From positions 992,001-1,056,000 of the forward strand of contig CAVZZO010000001.1 in assembly GCA_963779755.1 (NCBI GenBank): a stretch of DNA of 64,000 nucleotides, in the 5' to 3' direction. The notes under the pieces are model-generated. The model searched no databases and was not told where the DNA came from. It worked only from the letters and a program-made list of their open reading frames with translations. Of this stretch, positions 36,948 through 46,061 are shown piece after piece (the first letter of the stretch is position 1; every line of letters begins with the position of its first letter). The position numbers and the translations under genes are program-made. The stretch is from an uncultured Gemmatimonadales bacterium. Its GTDB lineage: Bacteria; Gemmatimonadota; Gemmatimonadetes; Gemmatimonadales; GWC2-71-9.

Positions 36948-38431
36948 ATGATCGATACCACCTCCGTTACAACCAGCCTGGCCCGCGTGCTGTCACTCCT
37001 CCGGCTCGATCCGGAGGATCGCGATGCTCAGAAGGCAGCCTTTCGTGCCCTGCTGGTACGAATGGGAGGCCAGGACGTCGAGCTCCAGGTCACCGCGCAG
37101 GGCCTCAGGGTTAACGGAACGCGGGTCCCCGAGGCCACGATGGGGCTGGCGGAGCTGCGCCGGCCGCTGCTGAGCCATGGGATCGGCGAGTTGTTCATTC
37201 CCGGGGCGCTCGCTCCAGCCCAGCTCCTCCAGCTCATCCGCGCCATCGCCGCGCCGCCGGAGACCTACGCCCGGCTGCAGCAGCTGCGAGACTCGCTCAC
37301 CGAGCACGGCATTACCGGCGTCCGCGTGGCTCCCCCCTCGATGCCCCAGCGGAGAAAGGCGCCGAGGAGGAGGGAGCCCTCTCGGCCCTGGGCCCCGGCG
37401 CCGCCAGCGAGGATTCGGTCGGGCTGCTCCATTTCGTCACCCTCGAACTGCCGAGCGGCGGGCGCCTGGCCGATCTGCTGAGTCGGCTGGAGGACAACCC
37501 CGACGCCGCCGAGGTGTCGGAGCTGCTGAACGAGGTGGTCGGCTTCGGAGAGATGGCCTGCCGGCGGGAACAGTGGTTGGAGGTGCTCCAGGCGGCGGCG
37601 GCGCTGGTGAGGCTGGAGGAGCTGGCGAGCGAGGAATCGGCCCGGCGGGGGTACCATATCGCGCTGCGCCGGCTGATGTCGCGCAGCGCCCTGGACCAGG
37701 TGGTCCGGATGGCCGCCAGCGGAAACCACAAGGCCGAAGCCATCACCGTTCTGCGGCGGATCGGGGCGGAGGGAACGGAGCTGCTGGTCAACGCGCTGGT
37801 GAGCGCGCGCGAACTGGACGAGCGGCGTGCCTACTTCTCGGCACTGAGTCAGATGCGCGAGGGGACCGACCTGCTGGTCCACATGCTGGGGCACGATGAG
37901 TGGTTCGTGGTGCGCAATGTGGCCTATCTCTGCGGCGAGCTGGAGCTGGAGAGCGCCGTGCCCGCGCTAGGTAACCTCACCGGCCACCTGGACGACCGGG
38001 TCCGCCGGGCCGTCGCGGCGGCGCTGGGCCGGATCGGCACCGGCGCCACCATCGAACCTCTGCGCCGCCTGCTCACCGATTCGTCCGCCATTGTCCGGCT
38101 GGACGCCGCCATGGCGATCGACGGTCCGAAGGGGCGCCCCCTGGTGCCCGCCCTGCGTGAGCTCATTTCCCGGGATCCGGAGCACGACGTGCAGCGGGAG
38201 ATGCTGCTGGCGCTGGCCCGGATCGGCACGCCCGAGGCGATCGACGGCATCGCGGCCTCCGCCGCGGGGGGCCGGGGACTGTTCCAGCGCAAGGCCGTGG
38301 CGCTCCGTCTGGCCGCCATTGCCGCGCTGCGCCAGGCGGGGGGCGACCGCGCCGGCGCGGCGTTGCACGGTCTGGCCGCTGACAAGGACCCGCAGGTGCG
38401 CCAGGCGGTGCAGCAGGCGCTGGCGGACTGA
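36948..38431 (+). pseudogene. HEAT-repeat protein split by an apparent 1-nt deletion in a C6 run (37332-37337); probably one CDS
   Basis: Adding one C joins ORF 36948 to the frame PLDAPAEKG...VSELLNEV of ORF 37514-38431; the C-terminal half has HEAT/PBS repeats. Confidence 0.75.
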
Positions 38432-38438
38432 GCGGCCG

Positions 38439-39506
38439 TTAGCGCAGCACGAAGTCGGTCGTTGCCTCCACCCGTCGCGCGAAGGCTGCCAGCAGCCGGA
38501 TCGCGCGATCAACATCCGCCAGCGCAATCATCTCATTGGGGCTGTGCATATAGCGCAGCGGAACGGAGACCAGGCCGGTCGCCACGCCGCGGTGGGCCGT
38601 GAAGATGGCGTCCGCGTCGGTCCCGGTGTCGCGGGGCGCCGCCTGGATGGTATAGGGGATTTCCTCCTCTCCGGCGGCGGCGGCCAGCATATCGAACACC
38701 GCCGCATTCACGGCCGATCCACGCGAGAGCACCGGTCCGCCGCCCAGGCGGACATCGCCGTGCCGCTTCTTCTCGACTCCGGGCGTATCGGTGGCGTGGG
38801 TTACGTCTACTACGATCGCGATGTCCGCCTCGAGGCCGGTCGCGGAGGTCCTGGCACCGCCGCCGGTGTGGGCGATCTCTTCCTGCGTGGTGGCCACGGC
38901 CGTCACCTGGGCGAGGGGCCGGTCCTGCGCCAGCAGCCGGAGCGCCTCGAGCGCCACGAAGGCTCCCATGCGGTTATCGAGGCTGCGGCTCACCAGCCGT
39001 CCTCCGGGGTATTCCTGCACGCCGGCGGCCAGCACGCCGGCATCGCCCACGCGGATCCGTTCCAGCGCATCCGCGCGGCTCCCTGCGCCGATGTCGATCC
39101 AGAGATCCGAGGCCCTGGAGACCTTCTCCCGGTCCTCCTTATCCATCAGATGGATGGCTTTCTTCCCGATGACGCCGGCCTCCACCCCGCCGCGCCCCAG
39201 CAGCAGCACCCGCTGACCCACGAAGACCTGGTGGTCCCATCCGCCGACCGGCTCGAAGTAGACATAGCCGTCGTCGTCGATGTAGGTGACCATGAGCCCG
39301 ATTTCGTCGATATGCCCGGCGAACATGATGCGGGGCCGCGCGCCGCGGTTGATCGTGGCGCAGGAGTTCCCCGCCGGATCGGCCACGACTTCTTCGGCAA
39401 ATCGCTCGGCCTGGGCGCGCCAGAGGCGGGCTGGTCCCAGTTCGAAGCCGGAAGGGCCGGGCGTGTCGAGCAGCCGGGAGAGAAACTGCAGGGCGTCCTG
39501 GTTCAT
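38439..39506 (-). CDS. M42-family metalloaminopeptidase
   Basis: GHIDEIG, DNRMG, TQEE, VDV, GTDA, RYMH. Confidence 0.94.
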   Translation of the reverse strand: MNQDALQFLSRLLDTPGPSGFELGPARLWRAQAERFAEEVVADPAGNSCATINRGARPRIMFAGHIDEIGLMVTYIDDDGYVYFEPVGGWDHQVFVGQRVLLLGRGGVEAGVIGKKAIHLMDKEDREKVSRASDLWIDIGAGSRADALERIRVGDAGVLAAGVQEYPGGRLVSRSLDNRMGAFVALEALRLLAQDRPLAQVTAVATTQEEIAHTGGGARTSATGLEADIAIVVDVTHATDTPGVEKKRHGDVRLGGGPVLSRGSAVNAAVFDMLAAAAGEEEIPYTIQAAPRDTGTDADAIFTAHRGVATGLVSVPLRYMHSPNEMIALADVDRAIRLLAAFARRVEATTDFVLR

Positions 39507-39546
39507 GGGATCGATCGATGGTGGAGTGGAATCGGAAGGGCCGGCG

Positions 39547-39981
39547 TCATCCCCCCGCCAGCCGCTGCGGGGTAAAGGCCAGCATGAGCAGCAGGCCGGC
39601 GCCGGTAATGCCCAGCAGGGCCGGCAGATCGCCGCTGAGGAGGAAGATGACCCCGCCCAGCGCCATGCCCCCCTCGATCAGCGCCCAGAGGACTACGGCT
39701 CGCGGCTGATTGGCCGCCCACCATTCGTGCTCGGGTTGGTCTCCCGCCGGGGGAATGAGCCGGGAGCGCAGGAGCAGGGCCGCGCCGTAGCATGCGGCCG
39801 CCACGACGCCGCCCACCAGCCGGAGGCTGGAGGCCGGGACAGGCGGCGCCACGCGGAAGGACGAACCCGGCGCGCCGCGCCACGCCACGGCGACGCCCAC
39901 GAGCACCAGCGGCCCGAGCAGGAGGGCCAGGTGGAGGATGGTCGCCGTCGTGCGGCTGGGGCCGCTCGGGGTCTGGGGCAT
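39547..39981 (-). CDS. Hypothetical membrane protein
   Basis: 144 aa, about 4 TM helices, WALIEG motif. Confidence 0.65.
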   Translation of the reverse strand: MPQTPSGPSRTTATILHLALLLGPLVLVGVAVAWRGAPGSSFRVAPPVPASSLRLVGGVVAAACYGAALLLRSRLIPPAGDQPEHEWWAANQPRAVVLWALIEGGMALGGVIFLLSGDLPALLGITGAGLLLMLAFTPQRLAGG

Positions 39982-40194
39982 GGCCGATCCGGGAAGGTGG
40001 TGCCAGTGAAGCTAGAGCGGCAGCCGGAGTGCGTCCAGCAGCCCGTGATACAGCACGCCTTGGGCGGGGGTGCCGGCTCACAGGTGATTGCAGTCACCGC
40101 CTGTCCTCCCTTTTCCCGGCAGACTGGTGCCAGACGCCGGCACACCGCGCCGGTGCCAGGTACGGCGCTTCACTCGTACGGAGGGAACCTTACC

Positions 40195-40341
40195 ATGCTG
40201 ATGACCATATTCGTCGTGCTTCTGGTTCTCTGGCTGCTCGGAATGGTGACGGGCTACGTGTTTGGCGGCCTCCTGCATCTGTTGCTGGTGGTCGCGATCG
40301 TGGCCCTGCTGATCCGGGTCATCCAGGGCCGCACGGTCTAG
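40195..40341 (+). CDS. Small lmo0937-family membrane protein (48 aa)
   Basis: MLMTIFVVLLVLWLLG...GGLLHLLLVVAIV..LIRVIQGR, with a GGAGG RBS upstream. Confidence 0.88.
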   Translation: MLMTIFVVLLVLWLLGMVTGYVFGGLLHLLLVVAIVALLIRVIQGRTV

Positions 40342-40349
40342 GGGGCGAC

Positions 40350-40571
40350 ATGCGTGTCGCCACGCTGGTGGGCATCGTCCTCATCGTGCTCGGCGCTCTG
40401 GCGCTGGTGTTCGAGGGGTTCAGCTACCAGGACAAGGACTCTGTCGATCTGGGTGTGGCCAAGGTCACGGCCAAGCATCAGGAGCATGTCCCCATTCCGC
40501 CGATTGTCGGCGGGCTGGCGATCGTTGGCGGGCTGGTGCTGGTGGTGTGGGGGGTGAAGGCGAAACCCTGA
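40350..40571 (+). CDS. Small two-TM membrane protein (DUF3185-like)
   Basis: GIVLIVLG...FSY...VDLG...VPIPPIVGG. Confidence 0.75.
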   Translation: MRVATLVGIVLIVLGALALVFEGFSYQDKDSVDLGVAKVTAKHQEHVPIPPIVGGLAIVGGLVLVVWGVKAKP

Positions 40572-40667
40572 GAACAGGGGAACAGGGGAACAGGGGAACA
40601 GGGAAAGGGAGAAAGGGGAACAGGGGAAGGTCGGTTACCTTTCCCTGTTCCCCTTTCCCTGTTGCCC
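40572..40667. repeat. Inverted 8/7-mer tandem arrays (GAACAGGG x4 ... TTCCCTG)
   Basis: Purine arm 40572-40628, pyrimidine arm 40641-40667 abutting the ATG at 40668. Confidence 0.8.
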
Positions 40668-41837
40668 ATGGCCCTGGCCCCCGCCGCCCGCACCCGGAAT
40701 TTCACCGAATCGGTCATCCGCGGCATGACGCGGCTGGCGCGCCAGCATGACGCGATCAACCTGGCGCAGGGCTTTCCCGACTTTCCCGCGCCGGCCCTGC
40801 TCAAGCAGGCCGCCACGCGCGCGGTCCAGCAGGACATCAACCAGTACGCTATCACCTGGGGGGCCAAGCGGCTGCGCGATGCGCTGGCCGCCGCCTACCA
40901 GGGGCGCTACGGACTGGCGGTGGATCCGGAGACCGAGCTGACGGTTACCTGCGGAGCCACCGAAGCGATGGCTTCCACCCTGCTGGCCCTGGTGAATCCG
41001 GGGGACGAGGTCATCGTTCCCGAGCCGTTCTACGAGAACTACGGGCCGGACGCGATCCTCTGCGATGCCCGGCCGGTGTTCGTCCCGCTCCGGCCCGGTG
41101 AGCCGCTCGATCTCGACCGGCTGGCGGCAGCCGGATCTCCACGCACCCGCGCCGTCATTCTCAACACTCCCAATAATCCCACGGGGCGGGTGCTTGCCCG
41201 GGCGGAGCTGGACGGCGTGGCCGAGCTATGCCGGCGCTGGAATGCCTGGGCCATCACCGACGAGATCTACGAGCATATCCGCTACCGGGGGGAGCACATC
41301 CCCATCGCCACGCTGCCCGGCATGCGGGAGCGCACCGTCACCATCAGCGGTGCCTCCAAGACCTTCAGCGTCACCGGCTGGCGGGTGGGCTGGATCGTGG
41401 CGCCACCCGGCGCGACGGACGCGATCCGCAAGGTGCACGATTTTCTCACCGTCGGGGCTCCGGCGCCGCTGCAGGAAGCGGTTGCCGTCGCTCTGGAGTC
41501 GCTCGGGGCTTCCTTCTATGAGGAACTGGCGGCGGCCTACCTCCGGCGACGGGACGTGCTGGTGGGCGCGCTCCAGCGCGCGGGCTTCGCCTGCACGCCG
41601 CCGGAGGGGGCGTACTACGTACTGGCGGACTTCTCCGGACTGTCCCGCCGGGATGACGTGGCCTTCAGCCACTGGCTCACGCGCGAGATCGGCGTGGCGC
41701 CGGTGCCGGGCTCGAGCTTCTTCCACCGGCCGGAGGACGGGCGCCGGCTGGTGCGGTTCGCCTTCTGCAAGTCCGAACAACTGCTGGCTGAGGCCGCCGG
41801 GCGGCTGGAGCGGGTGCGAGGCTCGGCACCCGCCTGA
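40668..41837 (+). CDS. PLP-dependent class I/II aminotransferase (YbdL/kynurenine-type)
   Basis: INLAQGFPDF, NTPNNPTG, DEIY, SKTFSVTGWRVG, RFAFCK. Confidence 0.94.
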   Translation: MALAPAARTRNFTESVIRGMTRLARQHDAINLAQGFPDFPAPALLKQAATRAVQQDINQYAITWGAKRLRDALAAAYQGRYGLAVDPETELTVTCGATEAMASTLLALVNPGDEVIVPEPFYENYGPDAILCDARPVFVPLRPGEPLDLDRLAAAGSPRTRAVILNTPNNPTGRVLARAELDGVAELCRRWNAWAITDEIYEHIRYRGEHIPIATLPGMRERTVTISGASKTFSVTGWRVGWIVAPPGATDAIRKVHDFLTVGAPAPLQEAVAVALESLGASFYEELAAAYLRRRDVLVGALQRAGFACTPPEGAYYVLADFSGLSRRDDVAFSHWLTREIGVAPVPGSSFFHRPEDGRRLVRFAFCKSEQLLAEAAGRLERVRGSAPA

Positions 41838-41845
41838 CGGCCCCG

Positions 41846-41874
41846 GAAAACCGGTGTGCGGACCGGATCGTTAC
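41846..41874 (+). promoter_or_regulatory. Putative autoregulatory ECF promoter GAAAAC-N17-CGTTAC
   Basis: GAAAAC 41846-41851 and CGTTAC 41869-41874, upstream of the ECF at 41938. Confidence 0.6.
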
Positions 41875-41937
41875 CTTCCTGAAGCGGCTGCCGCGGCGTT
41901 CCGGGGCCCCCGATTTCCTTCAGCTCTCGACTGTCGC

Positions 41938-42573
41938 ATGGATCCCACTCCGGACAACGCCGGTCTTCGCTCCCCCGCCGCTGCGGGGGGGCGAAAGCTG
42001 TCGTTGTCGGGAGAGCGATCGCTGCGCGAGCGCCTGCTGGCCCGCGATGAACGGGCGCTGGCGGAGCTGATCGATCTGGCCACTCCGTGGCTGCTGGGGA
42101 TCACCCAGGGGATGCTGAGCGATCCCGATGAGGCCGAGGAGGTCGTGCAGGAGGCGTTCACCATCGTCTGGCAGCGTATTCAGCTGCTGGAGCCGGGTGC
42201 CCCGGGGCTGATGCCGTGGCTGCTGCGGATCACGCGAAACCGCGCCATCGACCGGCTGCGGAGCCGGCGCCGTCGCCGGACCAAGCGGGCCAGGCTGGAG
42301 CAGGAGAGCGGCCTGGAGGCGGTCACCCCGCCGCACGAGCCCAACGAGGCGGCATACCCCGGCTGGCATGTGCACGAGTCGGTGCACGCGGCACTGGCCG
42401 CCCTCCCCGCCGAGCAGCAGGCGGCGGTGCGGCTGGCCTATTTTCAGGGCCTGACCCATTCAGAAATCGCCCAGCGGCTGGATCTGCCCTTGGGGACGGT
42501 AAAGACGCGTTTGCGCCTGGCGTTCGACAAGCTCCGGGTGGCGCTGGCGCCCATCAAGGACTGGGTCCTATGA
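41938..42573 (+). CDS. ECF sigma factor, SigK-like
   Basis: AEEVVQEAF, WLLRITRNRAIDRLR, YFQGLTHSEIA, PLGTVKTRLR. Confidence 0.94.
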   Translation: MDPTPDNAGLRSPAAAGGRKLSLSGERSLRERLLARDERALAELIDLATPWLLGITQGMLSDPDEAEEVVQEAFTIVWQRIQLLEPGAPGLMPWLLRITRNRAIDRLRSRRRRRTKRARLEQESGLEAVTPPHEPNEAAYPGWHVHESVHAALAALPAEQQAAVRLAYFQGLTHSEIAQRLDLPLGTVKTRLRLAFDKLRVALAPIKDWVL

Positions 42574-43319
42574 GCAACACGCATGAGTGGTTCATCGAGC
42601 ATCGCGCTGCGTTCGTGTCCGGCGGCCTGGATCGCCAGGAGGAAAAGTCGTTTGTCGACCATCTGGTACGCTGCGAGGAGTGCACCCGGGAAGTCGCGCG
42701 GCTGGAACGGGAACTCGAGTGGCTGCCCATGGCGACGACGCCGGTCGCGCCGCGGCCAGGGTTGCAGCGCAAACTGCTGGAGGGGGCGCTCGGAGTGGGG
42801 CGCTGGCGCTGGAACCGTCTGACCGCGGTGGCAGTCGCCGCGTCGCTGCTGCTGGCGGTCGCGATCTACGCCCGCGACCGGCGGGTGCAGTCGCACCTCC
42901 GGGCCCAACTGGCCCGGCAGGAGCAGGTGCTGGCCTCGCGTACGTCCGCCCTGGCGGCGGTGCAGGATACGCTGTCCGTCATGCGGGACGCGGCCACCGT
43001 GCTGCAGGCCAACTTCACCACCCAGGGCCATACCGGCGGCGTGCTCATCTTCGCCGACAGCGCCTCGCATCGCTGGAATGTGGTGGTGCACGGATTGCCC
43101 CCGGCCGCACCGGGCGAGATGTACCAGTTCTGGTTCATCGCGCCGGACGGGATGATCCGGGCGGCCGAAGTGCATCCCAACGCGGCGGGAGCCGTCATGA
43201 TGACCCTGAGCATGCCCTCTTCGGGGCAACCGGTGCTGGGCGCCGCGCTGTCGGTGGAGCCGGCGAACGAGCAGTCGCCCGGGCCGCAGGGGACGGTCCT
43301 GGCGCACCTGACTCTCTGA
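42570..43319 (+). CDS. Anti-sigma factor, ZAS + TM + RskA-like C-terminal domain
   Basis: HLVRCEEC, a TM helix, GLPP...YQFWFI...AALSVEP...PQG; ATGA overlap with the sigma gene. Confidence 0.9.
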   Translation: MSNTHEWFIEHRAAFVSGGLDRQEEKSFVDHLVRCEECTREVARLERELEWLPMATTPVAPRPGLQRKLLEGALGVGRWRWNRLTAVAVAASLLLAVAIYARDRRVQSHLRAQLARQEQVLASRTSALAAVQDTLSVMRDAATVLQANFTTQGHTGGVLIFADSASHRWNVVVHGLPPAAPGEMYQFWFIAPDGMIRAAEVHPNAAGAVMMTLSMPSSGQPVLGAALSVEPANEQSPGPQGTVLAHLTL

Positions 43320-43322
43320 GCC

Positions 43323-44213
43323 TCAGGCGCTGGCGATCGCGGAGCGCTCCGGCCGGCCCCAGATTCCCAGCCGGGCAGTGTTCTTCCCCGAATCCTTGGC
43401 TTCGTACATCATGCGATCGGCGGCGCGGAGCGCGTGGCTGATTGACGGTGGGGGGCTCTCGAAGGTGACGACCCCGGCGCTCAGCGTCAGCCGGGTGGTT
43501 TCTTCCCGGAAGCTCTCGCGGCAGGCCAGGAGCAGCTTCTCCGCCGCCTGATACGCGCTGTCCGCCTGGGTTTCCGGCATGAGGACCGCGAACTCGTCGC
43601 CGCCCAGGCGGGCCACCGTATCGGTGGAGCGGAAGCACTCGCTGAGCACCCGCGCCACCAGCTGCAGCAAACGGTCTCCCTCCAGGTGGCCCAGGCGGTC
43701 GTTCACCCGCTTGAAATCATCCAGATCCACAAAGGCCACGCTGAACGGCTGGCCGTAGCGCTGCGCGCGGAGCAATTCCTCTTCCAGTCGCTGAAAGAAG
43801 CCGCGGCGGTTGATCAGACCGGTGGCGGGGTCGGTCTGGGCCAGCGCATGCTGCTGTTCCAGCTCGGTGCGCAGGGCAGGCAACAGGAGGGAGATTACCA
43901 GAAAGATTCCCAGCCGGGCGCCCGCATTCCACGCCGGCACGAGCCAGCTTTCGTAGTGGGGGGTCGAGAGGCCGTCGGCCGTCAGCCAGCCGAAGACCGC
44001 GAGGACGGAGATGAGCGTTCCGGCGCGCCGGCCCAGCGGCCAGCTCGCCAGCGCAATGGGAACCAGGTAGAAGAGTGTGAAAGAGTAGTCCGCCGCGGTC
44101 ACGTAGTCGGCCACGCTCACCGCCACCATCAGCGCCAGCGTCATGGCCCAGACCAGTGCCCGGGGCTGCCGCGATACCCAGCCGAAGACGGTCTTTACCA
44201 CGGGGCGTGCCAT
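43323..44213 (-). CDS. Membrane diguanylate cyclase (4-TM sensor + GGDEF)
   Basis: DLDDFKRVND, RSTD I-site, RLGGDEF, ADRMMYEAK. Confidence 0.93.
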   Translation of the reverse strand: MARPVVKTVFGWVSRQPRALVWAMTLALMVAVSVADYVTAADYSFTLFYLVPIALASWPLGRRAGTLISVLAVFGWLTADGLSTPHYESWLVPAWNAGARLGIFLVISLLLPALRTELEQQHALAQTDPATGLINRRGFFQRLEEELLRAQRYGQPFSVAFVDLDDFKRVNDRLGHLEGDRLLQLVARVLSECFRSTDTVARLGGDEFAVLMPETQADSAYQAAEKLLLACRESFREETTRLTLSAGVVTFESPPPSISHALRAADRMMYEAKDSGKNTARLGIWGRPERSAIASA

Positions 44214-44261
44214 CGAGGCCCTGCCAGGGAAAAGGTGCTCCCACTACAAAATACGCGGAGC

Positions 44262-44291
44262 GGCGTGAAAGGGGCGTGAAGAGGGGTGGAG
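44262..44291. repeat. Degenerate ~10-mer tandem array
   Basis: GGCGTGAAAGG GGCGTGAAGA GGGGTGGAG in the dacB-GGDEF gap. Confidence 0.4.
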
Positions 44292-44295
44292 ACGC

Positions 44296-45795
44296 CTACT
44301 CCGGGGTGGTCCCCGGGGTGGTCTCGTCCTCGCCGCCGTACTGGGTGCTGTCCGGATTGAGAGAGTCGCGGGCGATGACCACGCCGTCGGCGCCCAGCAG
44401 CCGGAACAGCTTCCACTGCAGCTGGCGCGCCGCGTAGGGGCGGGAGCCGTTGTACATGAGCGAGACGATCAGCACCCCGTCCTGCCGGCCCAGGTAACCG
44501 GAGACGGTCGAGACGGTACCCAGGGTACCGGTCTTGGCCCGCACCACGCCCTGGCCGGGGAAGCCGGAGTTGAGGCGCCGGAGGGTCCCATCGCCGTTGG
44601 CGGGCAGCAGCATGGGGAAGTTGCGGCCCGCATCCGTCGTGGGGAACCGCGCCAGGTAGGTAATGAACGTCCGGGGGGTGGCGCGGTCATCGGCCGAGAG
44701 GCCGCTGCCGTCTACCAGGTGCACGGCCGTCAGACCCGTCACCTGCTCGACATGCCGCATCAGCTTGTCGGGTCCGTCCTGCCGGCCCGACGCCCACTGC
44801 AGCAGGAGTTCGGCTCCCAGATTGAGGCTGCGCCGGTTGACGTCGCTCGCCACCGAGTCGAACACCGCAGACTGGACCTCCGCGAGCACCTGCTCCAGCG
44901 AATCGTCGGAGGCGGGGCCGCTGGTGACGGCCCATTCGATTCCCGCCTGGCGCAGTGCCGATGCCCAGGCGCGGGCCAGCACCGCCCGAGGATTGGTGGC
45001 TACCGCGGCGAACCCCTTGCCCCGGCTGTGGACGCCGATCGTACCCGTCACCAGCCAGCCGCCGTTGGACATGCTCTTGAGCCGGAGGCGGGTCCGCCGG
45101 CCGGAAATGGTGGTGGCGTGCACCACCACGAGAGCGCCGGCGCCCGAAGGCTGGTCGTCGGTGACCATGGGCCGCACCCCCGGCCGGGCTCCCGGCTCCA
45201 CCCGGAACGAGACGATGTTCTCGTGCAGTGTCAGCGGCCCGACCAGGGGCGCGAAGAGCCGCCCCCAATGCCGGTGCGACCAGCCCGAGGGATACTTTGC
45301 CTCGGCGGGGCCGGTGGCGCTCCGCACCTCGAGCGGCCCGGTGAGTTTCCGGATTCCCCGGGCTTGGAGCTGCCAGGCGAGATCTACCAGCCGCGGCCCC
45401 ACTCCTTCGGGGCTTTCCAGGGAAGGATCGCCGTTGAGCTCCAGGGCCCAATGCCCCATCCAGCGACCGGTGAGGGGATCCACCGCGCCCTCCCCGATCA
45501 CCCGGGTGTGACGGCGGGCATCCGATCCCAGGACGGTCCGTGCGTAGCCGGTAGTGAAGAGCTTGACGGTCGAGGCAGGGATGAGGGGCTCATCGGCATG
45601 CGAGTCCCAGAGGATCCGGCCCTGCTGGTCGGCGATGGCAATGCCCCACTTGCCCGGCGCCGATCGCTGCGCCGAGTGGTACCAGTGCTGGATGGCCTGC
45701 ACCTGGGCTTCACTCAGCGACTGGGCGGCCAGTGGCTGAACGGTCAGGGTGCAGAGCGCAACGGCAAGCACAGGGCGCATAATGGTGCGGATCAT
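44296..45795 (-). CDS. dacB: D-alanyl-D-alanine carboxypeptidase/endopeptidase (PBP4, S13)
   Basis: SxxK (ASTVK), SxN (SLN), KTG (AKTGT), GDPSL, DGSGLS; signal peptide. Confidence 0.92.
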   Translation of the reverse strand: MIRTIMRPVLAVALCTLTVQPLAAQSLSEAQVQAIQHWYHSAQRSAPGKWGIAIADQQGRILWDSHADEPLIPASTVKLFTTGYARTVLGSDARRHTRVIGEGAVDPLTGRWMGHWALELNGDPSLESPEGVGPRLVDLAWQLQARGIRKLTGPLEVRSATGPAEAKYPSGWSHRHWGRLFAPLVGPLTLHENIVSFRVEPGARPGVRPMVTDDQPSGAGALVVVHATTISGRRTRLRLKSMSNGGWLVTGTIGVHSRGKGFAAVATNPRAVLARAWASALRQAGIEWAVTSGPASDDSLEQVLAEVQSAVFDSVASDVNRRSLNLGAELLLQWASGRQDGPDKLMRHVEQVTGLTAVHLVDGSGLSADDRATPRTFITYLARFPTTDAGRNFPMLLPANGDGTLRRLNSGFPGQGVVRAKTGTLGTVSTVSGYLGRQDGVLIVSLMYNGSRPYAARQLQWKLFRLLGADGVVIARDSLNPDSTQYGGEDETTPGTTPE

Positions 45796-46016
45796 CGGCG
45801 ACGCAGCTCGAAGATCGAGTCCGGATTGAGGCGTGGCGTGAAGGACGGGGGGTGTCCCGTGGTGCTTCAGGAATAACGGATAGTATCGCTGCAAGCTTCG
45901 GGCCTCCGGCGGGAGGGCCGCTCTATCGGTTGCCCGAGGGGGAAACGTAGTGACGACAAGGACTTCGAAAAGACCCGGGCGTTGCGGAATGCCCGGGAGT
46001 GTGGCAGGGATACGAA

Positions 46017-46054
46017 AGGACTGAGGGCTGAGGGCTCGGGAGGACTGAGTGCCG
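46017..46054. repeat. Degenerate heptamer tandem array (AGG(A/G)CTG)
   Basis: AGGACTG AGGGCTG AGGGCTC ggg AGGACTG AGTGCCG. Confidence 0.55.
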
Positions 46055-46061
46055 GGTTGCG

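Noticed and set aside
40157..40173. Sigma-54-like site (aGGTACGGCGCTTCA) before the lmo0937-family gene
   Set aside because: The -12 element reads CA rather than GC. Too weak to call.
41065..41937. Apparent 502-aa ORF with a long N-terminus on the ECF sigma
   Set aside because: The extension overlaps the aminotransferase. The promoter at 41846 supports a start at or after 41938.
45800..46010. Possible c-di-GMP or other riboswitch in the dacB leader
   Set aside because: Some hairpins are present (e.g. CCCGGGC...GCCCGGG), but I could not match a riboswitch consensus in the right orientation. An Rfam search is needed.
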